Shown here one piece after another: positions 9,860 through 22,800 of a stretch of DNA of 64,000 bases. The stretch comes from Obrimoposthia wandeli. Taxonomy: Eukaryota. The position numbers and the translations under genes were made by a program. Positions within the stretch are counted from its first letter, which is position 1; each line of letters starts with the position of its first letter. The DNA lies in the NCBI GenBank assembly GCA_977020255.1, contig CDROCS010005499.1, forward strand, positions 1 to 64,000, in the 5' to 3' direction. The notes below the pieces were generated by a model. That model had not been told where the DNA came from. It saw only the letters and a program-made list of their open reading frames with translations, and made no database searches.

Positions 9860-10033
9860 TTATTTATAGAGACCAGTTTGTATTTCCTCTCTTGCGTCTC
9901 GCCAACCACCAAGCCAATTAGTACGGGCGTCCACACCTTGGTACGGACACACTTCATTAGAACGGCCATTCAAACCTGCTTGATACCCGCGAGCTTGCGC
10001 ACGTTCTAATCGATCCCGCTTTTGTCTCTTCAT
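9860..10033 (-). CDS. rmf: Ribosome modulation factor (57 aa; absent from the ORF track)
   Basis: Hand translation MKRQKRDRLERAQARGYQAGLNGRSNEVCPYQGVDARTNWLGGWRDAREEIQTGLYK; RBS GAGGA. Confidence 0.97.
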   Translation of the reverse strand: MKRQKRDRLERAQARGYQAGLNGRSNEVCPYQGVDARTNWLGGWRDAREEIQTGLYK

Positions 10034-10147
10034 AGTTCGTCCTCAACCTTATTTATATTGTTTCATCACAGTTTCGTAATGATGGAGTTTTGGTAACTCC
10101 TAATATAAGAATTAGCGATCTTCACTATTTTTTCAACCTCAGAAACA

Positions 10148-10176
10148 ACTAAGGCTCACAAATTGTGAGCCTTAGT
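10148..10176. terminator. Perfect 13-bp stem terminator after the DUF3466 gene
   Basis: ACTAAGGCTCACA-aat-TGTGAGCCTTAGT. Confidence 0.8.
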
Positions 10177-10202
10177 GAAAAATAAATAATTATGACAAAA
10201 AT

Positions 10203-12279
10203 TTATTTTCTTCTTCTGAAACCAAACAGACCTAGCAGTGTCAAAGCAAACATGCCAAACGAAGCACCAGAACGTTCTATCGTTCCAGATGCTTCTGGAC
10301 GTGCTTGAATAGTACCATCTACAATTGGCACAAGTTTAACGGCAACGAGGCGCTCATCACCGCTACATTGCGATTCACTCGTTAGGTTGTCATAACCACC
10401 AGCACACTGTAGAGCTGTAGCAGAAATAACACCCGCATCATTAATCCCGGTTGCTTGTGCAATACGGAATTGATTATTATTAGCGACTATCGGATTTGAT
10501 TCATCTCCATATGTAAGGTCGTTGATCATCCAAGACCCACCAGCAGTCAACGGAGAGTTGGCAATCGCCGCACCGTCATTGAACAAGAATGCGCGTTGGC
10601 GACGTTCACGTCCATCAACTTGGTTAACGGTTTCAGAGTCTACCCAACCAACGACTACATCATGGTTGTTAATTGCTGCTGTATAACCATTGCTGCCGTC
10701 AAAGAAAATATTAGCATTCACACTTGAATCTAACATTTTTAATGAATCATTCTGGTTGTGTTCAGCATAAGAACGATTTTCAGCGCGATAGTTTTTCGCA
10801 ATACCAATAACTTTGTTGTTGTCATTGATACCTGTACCAGTCGAATAGCTGTACTGGCGATCACCATCGTTATTCTCTACTTCAGTTCCAGGAATAAACT
10901 TCATAGTCCAATTATCATCACAATACTGAACCATCTTCAAAAATTGCAGCTCTAGGCGCATAATAATCATCATCTCGGTATTTTGTGAGAATCCAACAGC
11001 AATGGTAAATTGGCTTTGCATCCACACCCACGCCCACAACAGCAACCGCTTTAGCCGATGCTTGGAATGAACGATCTCGGTTATCAGGATCAAGTACTAA
11101 TTCATCAGGCGTTGTTATAATACCTGGTGTAGGTTGACCAGAGCTATCAACCGTCCAGAAAGCCGCTTGATTGGCAAAGGTACTAAACTGACATTCAAAT
11201 TTTGAATACACATTACTTGCCGATTCATCGACTACACAGCTCTGAAAATTCGCGTTATTTAAGCTAAGACTAAGATTATCATCACCTTTAATATCATTGA
11301 TATTAGGTAACTTATCTTCATCATATTCCCAAGTAGGATTCGTTGATGTGCCTCTATTATAATAAAAGCTAGGCGCATAAGAGGCAGAGCCAACCACTAA
11401 TAACTGGCTGTTATATATAACAGCATCATTTGCCAGCGTTTGACCCATTTGTGTAGCTAACTTATCCTCATTAACACCAGAGCGAACCACTGGAGGTGTT
11501 AATTCGGTTTTAATTGCACCTGCATTAACAAAACCACGCTTATCAAACGCGCGCGCATTTCTAACACCATTTGAGAAGTAAGCTGAGCTCGTAATACCGT
11601 AAACGTAATCAGTGCCTGCATCTGCAACAGTACCATTAACAACAGAGTTAGTTGTTACAACCTTATCACCATCATCAATAATCGTACCTAAGGCCGCTTT
11701 ATCAGCATCACTATACCCATCAGCGGAATTAGCAAATGTTCTAATTAACTGACCTTCAACAATGGCTGACGCATTTGAGTAATAACCAAGAGACCAAGCA
11801 GCCTGTTCGCGTTGAAGTCCACCTAAGCCTGTACGATCCTTAGGATTGTCTCGGTTATAAGCAAGACCATAGTACTGCTCTTCAGACCACACATTGCAAG
11901 TGTTGAACCCGAGATTATCATTACAATAACGTTCGAATTCGTTGCGATCATTAAGGTGTTGATAATTGTCCGTTAAAAAAGCAATGGTATCTCTGTAATT
12001 GATACCATCTGTACCTCTACGGCTTTCCCCTACAACCTTGTATTCATCTGCATCGCCACAGTCCCTGGTAAAACAGTTTTGTGCTGTTGAAGAGGCTTCA
12101 ATTCCTTGCCCATAAAACTCAACAGAATTATTGCTCATATTTGCAGTCGAAAAATAATCCAGTGATTTAACACCACTTATATCTGTAACCTCAACCACTT
12201 TATACACAGCAGCGTTGGCACCAGTAGCACCGGCGATAAGTATCGCCAGTGTAGAAAGCTTTAACATCTTATGTTGCAT
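10203..12279 (-). pseudogene. DUF3466-family secreted protein with GlyGly-CTERM-like anchor, frameshifted near 10920-11010
   Basis: ORF halves 10918-12315 and 10203-11093; signal peptide from ATG 12279 (TAATG overlap with uup); C-terminus SGASFGMFALTLLGLFGFRRRK; homolog-like text alternates between frames. Confidence 0.8.
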
Positions 12280-14207
12280 TAGGATTCCTTTTGCATTGCC
12301 TCTAATTCTTCCCAACGCTCAAATGCTACTTCAAACTCTTGCTCTAATTCTGCAAGGCGAGCTAATGTCGCTTCAGTATCATTTTTTACGTCTTGGAAGA
12401 ATGCAGGATCATTAACTTGTTCCTGCAGTTGTGCAATTTCATTTTCCAATTTTTCAATGATAAGCGGTAGACCTTCTAGCTCTTTTTGAAACTTATAAGA
12501 AAGCTTCTTTTTTGGCGTAGAACGAGTAGCCTCTCGCGGCTTATTATTTTCTTGTTTTTTCTTTGCCAGCTCAAATTCAGCAGCCTGATTTTTCGCAATA
12601 TTTGTTAGAGAGTTAGCACGCTGCTCTTGAGCATCATGATAACCGCCTACGTATTCGTCGATAACCCCATTGCCTTCAAAAATCCAGCTTGTCATCACAG
12701 TATTATCAACAAATTGACGATCGTGGCTTACTAAAAGTAAAGTACCCTGATAGTTGGCAAGTATTTCTTCTAAAAGTTCCAATGTTTCGATATCTAGATC
12801 GTTTGTTGGTTCATCGAGAATCAATAAGTTATTTGGTTTTAAGAACAATTTAGCCAGTAATAGACGGTTTTTCTCACCACCAGAAAGTGCTTTAACGGGT
12901 GTACGTGCACGACGAGGGTGGAATAAGAAATCTTGTAAATAGCCTAACGCGTGACGAGTCACACCATTAACGGTCACTTCTTGCTTACCATCAGCAAGGT
13001 TCTCCATTACGGTTTTTTCAGGGTCTAATATTTCACGGTATTGGTCGAAGTATGCTGCATCAATCTTAGTACCACAGTGGAACTTACCCGATGTAGGTGT
13101 AAGTTTCTCTAGCATTACTTTTAGTAATGTACTCTTACCACAACCATTTGGTCCGATAAGTGCAATACGGTCGCCACGCATAACAGTGAAGCTGAAGTCT
13201 TTGATGAGTGGTGTGTCACCATAGCTGTATGAGATATTCTCAGCTTCAAATACAATCTTACCAGAGCGGTTCGCTTCTTGAAGTTTCATGTCGGCTTTAC
13301 CAACCACTTCACGGCGTTCACTGCGCTCATTACGTAATGCTTTTAGTGCACGAACACGCCCTTCGTTACGGGTACGTCGAGCCTTAACGCCTTGACGAAT
13401 CCATACTTCTTCTTGTGCTAGCTTTTTATCAAACTCTGCGTTTTGTTCCGCTTCTACTCGTAGCATCTCTTCTTTACTTTCAAGATACAGTTCATAGTCA
13501 CCAGGGAAAGAAACAAGTTTACCGCGGTCTAAATCAAGAATACGTGTCGCCATCGAGCGAATGAAAGCACGGTCGTGAGAGATAAAGATAATTGAACCAC
13601 GGAAGTTCTTAAGGAAACCTTCAAGCCATTCGATAGTTGCAACATCTAAGTGGTTAGTTGGCTCATCAAGAAGTAAGATATCAGGGTTACATACCAATGC
13701 ACGAGCCAGCGCCGCTTTACGTTGCCAACCACCCGATAAATCGCTAAGCATTGTGTGCGGATCAAGATGTAGGCTTTCCAACACAGCAGCAATTTGACTA
13801 TCAAACTGCCACGCATTCGCATGGTCAATTTTTTCTTGTGCTTTCATTAATTTGTTAAGATTAGATTCACTAGGATCAACGCCGATTAAATCTAATAAGT
13901 GGTGATACTCTTTAAGTACCTTACCCACTTCAGCCAAACCTTCAGCAACATAATCAAACACGTTGCCTTCAGCGTTACGCGGTGGATCTTGTTCAAGGCG
14001 AGAAATTGTAAGCTCTGTCTGACGCTGAATGCTGCCATCATCAAGCAATACATCGCCTGTAATCACTTTCATGAACGTTGATTTACCTGCGCCATTACGG
14101 CCCACCAAACAAACACGTTCATTAGGCTGAAGAACGAACTCTGCCTTATCAAGTAAAGCGTGATCACCATACGCAAGTTGCGCGTTACTAATATTAATTA
14201 AAGCCAT
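12279..14207 (-). CDS. uup: ABC-F family ATPase Uup
   Basis: Two ABC cassettes (GRNGAGKST, GPNGCGKST), LSGGW/LSGGE, DEPTN, C-terminal coiled coil. Confidence 0.95.
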   Translation of the reverse strand: MALINISNAQLAYGDHALLDKAEFVLQPNERVCLVGRNGAGKSTFMKVITGDVLLDDGSIQRQTELTISRLEQDPPRNAEGNVFDYVAEGLAEVGKVLKEYHHLLDLIGVDPSESNLNKLMKAQEKIDHANAWQFDSQIAAVLESLHLDPHTMLSDLSGGWQRKAALARALVCNPDILLLDEPTNHLDVATIEWLEGFLKNFRGSIIFISHDRAFIRSMATRILDLDRGKLVSFPGDYELYLESKEEMLRVEAEQNAEFDKKLAQEEVWIRQGVKARRTRNEGRVRALKALRNERSERREVVGKADMKLQEANRSGKIVFEAENISYSYGDTPLIKDFSFTVMRGDRIALIGPNGCGKSTLLKVMLEKLTPTSGKFHCGTKIDAAYFDQYREILDPEKTVMENLADGKQEVTVNGVTRHALGYLQDFLFHPRRARTPVKALSGGEKNRLLLAKLFLKPNNLLILDEPTNDLDIETLELLEEILANYQGTLLLVSHDRQFVDNTVMTSWIFEGNGVIDEYVGGYHDAQEQRANSLTNIAKNQAAEFELAKKKQENNKPREATRSTPKKKLSYKFQKELEGLPLIIEKLENEIAQLQEQVNDPAFFQDVKNDTEATLARLAELEQEFEVAFERWEELEAMQKES

Positions 14208-14517
14208 TGTTTTTTAACCATGCTGCAAGGTCGGCACGATTAAACGGCCAACCAAGTTCAGAAATTGAGTGTGTAGATTCATCAGAAACAGTGTTTGCTA
14301 TTGCAGAACATGCAGTTACAGAACAAGCCTCTGAAGACGTTGATGTTACAGGTTGTGTGGACACAACTGGTATTGTGACGCCGTAACGTGAAAAGAGCAC
14401 GTCATCAAAGGCAATATCTATTACCTGAACGTGCTCTTGTACCCCTGCCTCTACGAGCAAGCTATAAGCCTGCTCGCAAAGATGGCATCCTTCCGTGCTA
14501 TAAAGGGTTATCAGCAC
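14194..14517 (-). CDS. Glutaredoxin-like (DUF836-type) protein
   Basis: LYSTEGCHLCEQA CxxC; RYGVTIPV; GWPF. Confidence 0.85.
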   Translation of the reverse strand: MLITLYSTEGCHLCEQAYSLLVEAGVQEHVQVIDIAFDDVLFSRYGVTIPVVSTQPVTSTSSEACSVTACSAIANTVSDESTHSISELGWPFNRADLAAWLKNNGFN

Positions 14518-16656
14518 TTAGTCTTCCTTGTGAGTGATAATCCAGCAGTTATGAATATGCTTATTTTTTGCAAAATCCATTGGCAATGTTTTATCAGAAA
14601 TGTTCTTAGCATCCAAACCAAGTTCATTCAATTTTTCTAAATCCATTTTGAACTGACGTTTGTTGTTTGAGAAAACAATTTGACCATCAGTACGTAGCAT
14701 GCGCTTCAAGTTTTCCATTAGCATGATGTGATCACGCTGAATATCAAACGTCTGCTTCATACGCTTAGAGTTAGAGAACGTTGGCGGATCAATGAAGATA
14801 AGGTCAAACGTGTCATCAACTTCTTGAAGCCATTGCAAGCAATCTGCTTGAATAAATTCATGTTGATCACCTACTTGATTGTTAAGCTCCATGTTTTCTT
14901 GAGCCCAACCAAGGTATGTGTTTGACATATCAATCGTTGTAGTCGATTTAGCGCCACCGCAAGCTGCGTGTACAGAGGCAGAGCCTGTGTAAGCAAATAA
15001 GTTAAGGAAATCTTTCCCTTTCGCCATGCCACCTAACATTTTACGCGTTATACGGTGATCTAAGAACAAACCTGTATCAAGGTAATCGTAAAGATTAACT
15101 TTAAGATCTACACCGTATTCATTAACGATGATGTGACGCTCTGCATTGGAAAGCTTCTGGTACTGATTTTTACCCTTCTGGCGCTCACGCACTTTTAGAA
15201 TAACTTTATCATTTTGAACGCCAGTAACTTCAATCGTTGCACGTAAAACGTCCATAATACGACGGCGAGCAATTTCTTCAGGTACAGTTTTAGGTGCGGC
15301 GTACTCTTGAATGATCAGGTAGTCGTTGTACTTATCGATAGCTGCGTTGTAGTTTGGCAAATCAGCGTCATAAATGCGGTAGCAGTCAATGCCTTCTTTC
15401 TTTGCCCATTTGTTCAGCTTAGTCAGGTTCTTTTTAAGACGGTTGGCAAAATCAGGCGCCACGTTTTCTTGCTCAACGTGACCTTCAGCTTCACCTTCTT
15501 CTTTCTTAACACTACCAGCTGTAATCAAATACGTTTTAAGTACACAATCTAGCGCACCGTTTGGTAGCTTAAATTGCTTGTCAGCACGCATACGTAAACA
15601 GCTAAGCAGTTCGTTAGAACCAGAATAGATAGACGCCGATGAACCAGCGAATGCTAATTTAAGGCGATTACCAAGTTCTGTGTATAACGTAATTAATTCA
15701 GGTGTTGTACCTAAACGCTCACCATATGGTGGGTTACAGATAACAATACCAGTATCAAAGTCTTCAGGTGCTTTAAGCTCTGTCGCATCGCCCTGTTGAA
15801 AATTAATCAGTTCTTTAACGCCAGCACGACCAGCGTTATCACGCGCAATGGCTAATACACGGTGCTCTAATTCAAAACCAAAGAACTTAGTCTGAACTTT
15901 TGCAGGACCACGGCGTGCTTTAACAGACGCTTCAGCATGAATTTCAAGCCATGCGTCTTTATCGAAATCTTTAATTGACTCAAAGCCCCAGCGCTTACGC
16001 TTAAGGCCCGGTGCAATATCAGCCGCCATCATCGCAGCTTCAATCAACAATGTACCTGAACCACACATTGGGTCGAGCAATGGTTGACCTGGCGTCCAGC
16101 CACTTTTCAGTACTAATGCAGCAGCGTGCGTTTCACGTAATGGCGCACGACCAGCTTCAGTTCGGTAACCACGCTGGTGAAGACCACTACCCGCCATATC
16201 AAGACCTAACACGCCTTTTTCGCCAGATAAACGCATGTGAATACGTAGATCAGGTTGTTCACGGTCGATATTAGGACGGCGAAGGTCTGCTTTCGTGAAA
16301 CGGTCGACGATAGCATCTTTAACTTTCATTGCGCCGTATTGGCTATTACGGATTTCACGGTTTGTACCGTTAAAATCAACGACAATACGTGTAGCGTTGC
16401 TGAAATACTCAGTCCAATTGATCGCCGCAGCGCCAAGGTACAGATCCATGTCGTCACGAACGGTAAATTCGCTAAGAACTTGGATGATACGAGACGATAT
16501 ACGTGTCCATAGGCAACAACGGTAAGCGGTTGACTGATCGGCTTTAAAACGTACACCGGCATGAACAACTTGAATGCTCTGAGCACCAAGTTGTTCTAAT
16601 TCTTCTGCAAGGAGGTTTTCAAGACCTCGAGATGTGATAGCTAGATATTGATTCAT
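14518..16656 (-). CDS. rlmKL: Bifunctional 23S rRNA m2G2445/m7G2069 methyltransferase
   Basis: THUMP domain, [13 protein letters not shown], second MTase LNLFAYTGS and [10 protein letters not shown]. Confidence 0.97.
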   Translation of the reverse strand: MNQYLAITSRGLENLLAEELEQLGAQSIQVVHAGVRFKADQSTAYRCCLWTRISSRIIQVLSEFTVRDDMDLYLGAAAINWTEYFSNATRIVVDFNGTNREIRNSQYGAMKVKDAIVDRFTKADLRRPNIDREQPDLRIHMRLSGEKGVLGLDMAGSGLHQRGYRTEAGRAPLRETHAAALVLKSGWTPGQPLLDPMCGSGTLLIEAAMMAADIAPGLKRKRWGFESIKDFDKDAWLEIHAEASVKARRGPAKVQTKFFGFELEHRVLAIARDNAGRAGVKELINFQQGDATELKAPEDFDTGIVICNPPYGERLGTTPELITLYTELGNRLKLAFAGSSASIYSGSNELLSCLRMRADKQFKLPNGALDCVLKTYLITAGSVKKEEGEAEGHVEQENVAPDFANRLKKNLTKLNKWAKKEGIDCYRIYDADLPNYNAAIDKYNDYLIIQEYAAPKTVPEEIARRRIMDVLRATIEVTGVQNDKVILKVRERQKGKNQYQKLSNAERHIIVNEYGVDLKVNLYDYLDTGLFLDHRITRKMLGGMAKGKDFLNLFAYTGSASVHAACGGAKSTTTIDMSNTYLGWAQENMELNNQVGDQHEFIQADCLQWLQEVDDTFDLIFIDPPTFSNSKRMKQTFDIQRDHIMLMENLKRMLRTDGQIVFSNNKRQFKMDLEKLNELGLDAKNISDKTLPMDFAKNKHIHNCWIITHKED

Positions 16657-17742
16657 GGAATTCTTTTCGCACTTATGTTGCCGGGAATTATAACGTAAAA
16701 CAGACTAAATGCCTCTCTATTCCCCCTTGCATACGCATTATTTGGTTAAATAATAATGAAATAATGATTACTCAGGGCTGAAATTGATCATTCTGAGCTG
16801 CTGCCTCTCAAAAAGTGCCGTTATTCGTTAATTACACCGATTTTAAAACCTTCAATTTTCCGCACTCATCAATCAAAGCACCGCAACAATAGCTCATCCA
16901 ACATCACCACATCATTATCCACCGATGGAAACAATGCTTTTTATCTTTATGGGGGGCAATTCAGACCAAGACATCCAGATGATTGTGCACGGATGGAAAC
17001 GTGATTCATAACATATTGATTTAATGGCAATATAAAAGAAAATCCCCACCGCGACAGCTGGGTATATGTGTATTTACCGCATAGTAAAGCAATACCACAC
17101 ACCGGAATTCACCTTAAACAGGAACTTAAATATTCAGACTTTCCACTTGGGAAAGTATTGATTTGCGGCTCGTTTTCTTTGTGTAATTAACTTACGTTAA
17201 TGAGGAAATTGAGGAAATTTTATTGTTTACCAGTGCTAAGTTAACCGAGAAATATCAATAATTTGACATGATTTCCGTCTAAAAGAGGCAAAAAAAAATA
17301 CCATTTATTAGCCAAGAATTAGATTAGCCTCACCAAATATGTATATTTTTCATACAAAAAATATGTTCACCTGTACCTGTTATCAGATTCTTACATTCAT
17401 TAAACGCCACTTTCATCAGACGCTTAACGCTTTTAAATTGTAAATAATAAGATTGGATTGTAATAATAAGATTGAAGTCTGGGGTTAAAATGGAGGTGGT
17501 AGAAGAAGGTGGAGCTGGATACGATGATGGTGTGGCGACAAAATATAGCCCCCTAACCTCTCAAACAATGATGAACATTAATAAGAGCGAATAGATTGGG
17601 TTCTATGTGTGGCAGAGATTAGATGTACAGAAGGCTTACAGATAAGAATGGCGATAGTCTAGATATATGGATAGGGTCAGATGGGTAGATAGATAGCTTT
17701 ATATGATGCGTTCTAGAGCGACACGATTAATCAACTTACTTA

Positions 17743-18282
17743 TTAACCTACGAGTGCTAGGTTTAGCATCACGTCTTCTTCGTACGCAGTTATACGATCA
17801 TTCATAACCTTTATAGTGTCGCAGAAACGCATTTCCTTAGTGCTAGACAGCGCTAAAGGCTCTATATCGACCATCATACACAGGCTTGCACAGCCGCTAT
17901 TCTCAATAACAATGAATTTTGCCATACCTATAGGTGTTTGAAGGGTTACTACATCACCATTTTCAGGTTCACAGCTTATTGATTGAGTGTCAAAAAACCA
18001 ACTTTTGGGCATCATTGGTTTATGGAATCGACTTGCAGCAACCGCATTTAATGCCAGCTCTGCTTTACGCGGTTCAGATATCTCTAGATGTGAAATGTTT
18101 TCTTTGTAGCTCTGGAAAATCGAGGCGTCATCAACAGTAAATTCACACTGTTCGCTTGCCGAAGGGATAAGGTGTTTTGCTGGAATGCCTACACGAAAAA
18201 CCATATCACTTCCCAAATCTAACATTAGGGAATTATCCTTGAGATCGAAATACCACATCCATGAATTATTTGGTTTTAACAC
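17743..18282 (-). CDS. zapC: Cell division protein ZapC
   Basis: LKPNNSWMWYFD…RFHKPMMPKSWFF; downstream of pyrD. Confidence 0.9.
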   Translation of the reverse strand: MLKPNNSWMWYFDLKDNSLMLDLGSDMVFRVGIPAKHLIPSASEQCEFTVDDASIFQSYKENISHLEISEPRKAELALNAVAASRFHKPMMPKSWFFDTQSISCEPENGDVVTLQTPIGMAKFIVIENSGCASLCMMVDIEPLALSSTKEMRFCDTIKVMNDRITAYEEDVMLNLALVG

Positions 18283-18494
18283 GTAAACGCTCCTGAAACA
18301 GTTCTTTGTACTATGTATCTAACAATATATAAAAAACTTTAAGAGAATTTTACGATGGTTGAGATAAAAAAAAAGGGGAAAATATATCCCCTTTTTGTTG
18401 CGACAAAATGTAATTTTGACAATTTTCGATGATATTTTTAATGACTGAAAACTAAAAAGGTCGCTCTCTTTTAAAAACGACCATCAATACTCAA

Positions 18495-19505
18495 TTAAGA
18501 GTTTGTCACGATGTCTTTTACTAATTTTGGTCCGTGATAAATGAAACCAGAATAAATCTGTACAAGCTGAGCGCCAGCATTCATTTTTTCACGTGCTGAA
18601 ATAGCTGAATCAATACCACCTACACCAATGATTGGTAAAGCGCCATCCAAATCTTCTGCTAGACGGCGAATAACCTCTGTACTACGATTTTGTAACGGAC
18701 GACCACTTAGCCCTCCCATTTCATCGCAATGCGGCATGTCTTTAACCAATGTACGGTCTAATGTTGTATTGGTAGCAATCACACCATCGATTTTATTTTT
18801 GATCAAAGATTGTGCAATTTGCACAATTTCATGATCTTCTAGATCGGGAGCGATCTTCAATGCTAACGGTACATATTTACCGTGTTTATCTGCTAACTCT
18901 TTTTGTTTTTCTTTTAACTGAAACAAAAGATCATCAAGCGCTTCTCCATATTGAAGAGAACGAAGCCCTGGGGTATTAGGTGACGAGATATTTACAGCAA
19001 TATAGCCAGCATGCTCATAAACTTTATCCATACAGATTAAGTAATCTTCTGCGCCCTTTTCGATTGGCGTGTCTTTATTCTTACCAATGTTAATACCGAT
19101 AACACCGTCGTATTTGGCTTTTTTTACATTTTCAACCAGATTATCAACGCCAAGGTTATTAAAGCCAAAGCGATTAATAAGACCTTCAGCTGGAAGTACG
19201 CGGAAAAGACGTGGCTTCTCATTGCCTGATTGTGGACGTGGCGTTACTGTACCCACTTCTACAAAACCAAAACCCATAGCGCCAAAGGCTTCAATACATT
19301 CACCATTTTTGTCTAGGCCTGCTGCTAATCCAACGGGGTTTTTAAATGTGATACCCATTACTTCAACGGGACGATCGGGTACATGTTGACGATAGAAGAG
19401 ATCAAACGGAGTGCCGGTAAAACGAGAAAAGTTCTGAATAGCAAGATCATGTGCCTTTTCAGGATCTAACTGGAAAAAAACGGATCGTGCGAGGCGATAA
19501 AGCAT
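18495..19505 (-). CDS. pyrD: Quinone-dependent dihydroorotate dehydrogenase
   Basis: [27 protein letters not shown] motifs. Confidence 0.98.
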   Translation of the reverse strand: MLYRLARSVFFQLDPEKAHDLAIQNFSRFTGTPFDLFYRQHVPDRPVEVMGITFKNPVGLAAGLDKNGECIEAFGAMGFGFVEVGTVTPRPQSGNEKPRLFRVLPAEGLINRFGFNNLGVDNLVENVKKAKYDGVIGINIGKNKDTPIEKGAEDYLICMDKVYEHAGYIAVNISSPNTPGLRSLQYGEALDDLLFQLKEKQKELADKHGKYVPLALKIAPDLEDHEIVQIAQSLIKNKIDGVIATNTTLDRTLVKDMPHCDEMGGLSGRPLQNRSTEVIRRLAEDLDGALPIIGVGGIDSAISAREKMNAGAQLVQIYSGFIYHGPKLVKDIVTNS

Positions 19506-19743
19506 TGTCTCTCCTTAAAAAAGCTCCAAATAAACGGGCTTATTATTCACAGTTATCCCCTCTACTTCAATGACTATTTACGCCATTTGTATCAATAAAA
19601 CAATTACTTACATTTAGCTGTTTATTTACAATGAGTTACAGATTCAAATTTATCATTAATTTATCAAAAATAACGCAAACGATTCCGTTTCACCCGTAAG
19701 ATGTAACGGTTATGTTTATACATCGTTATATAAACAATAAAAA

Positions 19744-19772
19744 AAGCCATTACATTGGTTATGTAATGGCTT
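19744..19772 (-). terminator. Terminator after the NAD-GDH gene
   Basis: 12-bp stem AAGCCATTACAT/ATGTAATGGCTT with a U-tract on the minus strand. Confidence 0.8.
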
Positions 19773-19825
19773 GTTAATCAGAACCAAATTTATATCATAG
19801 ACTTATGATAGTTATCTCTGACTCC

Positions 19826-22800
19826 TCACGTATTGGGACGACAGTTTAGGTTTAGCAGCATTAATTCTCGTAACGCGACAGAGAACTTCGCAAATTCATG
19901 GGCTGTTCCCACTTTAAATTCTGCTAGTACACTGTTCCAGCGATGAATTGCAGCTTTGTGCGTCTCCATCCATCTCTCTATACTTTCTTCCGCAGTCTCA
20001 CCATTTTGATTACTGGTAATAACGGCAGAAGTTAGCTGGCGTTGTTGCCAATCGAGATCTTCTCTAAATGAAGCGCGTGCTAAGGCTTGCCAATGGTTTT
20101 CTACTGGCTGATTGTGTACTTGTTGTAAGAACCAATGCAAAGACAATTTAGAGCCAACAACAAAGTAAACGCGCGAGATATGATCAATATCTTTATCTAG
20201 CTCTTTCGCTATCTGAGCAATATCCATTGCAGAATACAGGCTGGTTAAACGAGCAATATTGTGTGCCAGTTCAGCAGGTACGCCCTGCTCAATCATCACA
20301 TTAGCTTGATCGTCATGCTCTTCAACCTCACCTGTTACAAGGTAACTTTCAAGGTTTTCTTGTAACGTATTCAAGATAGGTTGATACAATGCAATCTGTT
20401 GTTCTATTGCGAGTTTGCGTTCGCGATTACGTAATATCCAGCGAGTGGCGCGGCGTAACATACGGCGACAGCGATAAAGCATCTCGTACTGCACTTCTGC
20501 TGCTACTTTATTGTCTAATTCACGAATTTGACTAAAGAACGTATCAAATCGGAAGACTTCACGCCCGACAGAATAAGCAGATGAAATTTCAACAACTGTT
20601 GCACCCGTTTCTTCTTGTAAACGTGTGACAAAATTGCAGCCCATTTCGTTAGACATTTGATTTGCGAGCGATGTTGCAATCAGTTCTTTTCTTAGTGGGT
20701 GTTGTTCCATCTGGGCGCGGTATTTTTCTTTCAGTTGCTTAGGAAAATACGCAGGTAGCAAACGGGCATGGTAAGGGTCATTTGCAATCTCATCGCTAAC
20801 AAGATCTTCTTTCAGCACCATTTTTCCGTAAGCGACTAGTACCGCAAGTTCAGGGCGAGTTAGACCCATGCCTGATTTTTCACGCTCTGCTAACGTCTCG
20901 TCGTCAGGTAAATACTCTAATGCACGATCCAATTTACCTACACGCTCTAGGTGATGAATAAAACGAATTTGTTCTTTCAGCAGCTGTACATGTTGTTGTT
21001 GCGTTACCGAAATAGATTCACTCTGGCAATACGCATCATCCAATACAATCTCTCCTACTTCGTCTTCCATGCTTTCAAGCACTTCATTACGCTGTTTGTA
21101 AGTAAGATCACCACCAGCAACAAGGCTATTGAGCAATATTTTAATGTTTACTTCATTATCTGAGCAATCTACGCCACCCACATTATCAACGAAATCGGTG
21201 TTAACTAAGCCACCCGTTTTAGCGAATTCAACACGGCCAAGCTGAGTCATACCCAGATTACCGCCTTCACCAATCACTTTCGCACGTAGCTCACCGCCAT
21301 TGATACGTAAACCATCATTCGCACGATCGCCCACATCAGTATGTGTTTCTGTGCTTGCTTTCACATAGGTGCCAATACCCCCGTTCCACAGAAGATCCAC
21401 TTCCATGCGCAAGATAAGACCAATCAGCTCATTAGGCGGTACGCTTTGCTTACGTGTACCTAAGAGTTTTTGGATCGGCGGGGTCAGTTTGATCGACTTA
21501 CTACGACGAGAGAAGATCGCGCCACCTTCAGAGATCAAACTTTTATCGTAATCTTCCCAGCTTGAACGCGGAAGATTAAATAGACGATCACGCTCTTCCC
21601 ACGTTTTCGCAGCATCCGGATTAGGATCCAAGAAGATATGCATGTGGTTAAAGGCAGCCACTAAGCGCGTGTGTTTTGATAACAACATACCGTTACCAAA
21701 CACATCACCCGCCATATCACCGATACCCACACACGTGAAATCGGTAGATTGGCAATCAATACCTAGTTCACGGAAATGACGCTTAACCGATTCCCAGCCA
21801 CCTTTCGCCGTAATACCCATTTGTTTATGATCGTAACCGTTAGAACCACCTGATGCGAATGCATCACCTAGCCAGAAGTTATAATCATCAGATACTGAGT
21901 TAGCTAAATCAGAGAACGTTGCGGTACCTTTATCGGCAGCAACAACCAAATACGGGTCATCTTCATCATGACGTACAACATTGACTGGCGGCATTAGTTC
22001 GCCATCAACAATGTTATCTGTCACATCCAGCAAGGCACGTATGAAGCGTTTATAACAACGTTGTCCTTCATTCCAAATTTCTTCACGTGTTGTCATCTGT
22101 GGTTGACGCTTACAGATGAAACCGCCCTTCGCGCCTACAGGTACAATAACGGTGTTTTTAACTTGTTGTGCTTTTACCAGACCAAGAATTTCAGTACGGA
22201 AATCTTCCTGACGATCTGACCAGCGTAAACCACCACGAGCGACTTTACCGCCACGTAGGTGAACACCTTCTATATCAGGTGCGTAGACAAAAATTTCAAA
22301 GAAAGGAACGGGTGCTGGAATCTCGGGGATTTCAGAAGGACGAAGCTTCAGGGATAGCCAAGGCTTTGCATTGCCATTTTCGTCTGTTTGGTAATAGTTA
22401 GTACGTTGCGTTGCAAGGATCATATCCATGTAACGACGAATGATCCTGTCATCATCAAGGCTTTCTACACGATCCAATTTATCATGCAGCTTCTTAATCA
22501 GATCTTGCTTAGCTTTTGGTGAGTATTTTTTCTTTGGTTCAAAACGCAGCGTAAACAGCTTCACTAAATCACGAGCAAGATCACTATGGCTCGATAATGT
22601 TTCTTCAATGTAGTGTTGGCTAAATGGGAAACCCACTTGACGCATGTAACGTGCGTAACTACGAATCACGGTAATTTCGCGACCCGTTAAGCCTGCGCAA
22701 AGTACCAGACGGTTGAAACCATCACTTTCTAAGTTACCGTGCCAAATTGACGAGAATGCATCTTGGAAACGATCGCGCGCTTCACTTAAATCGATTCCTG

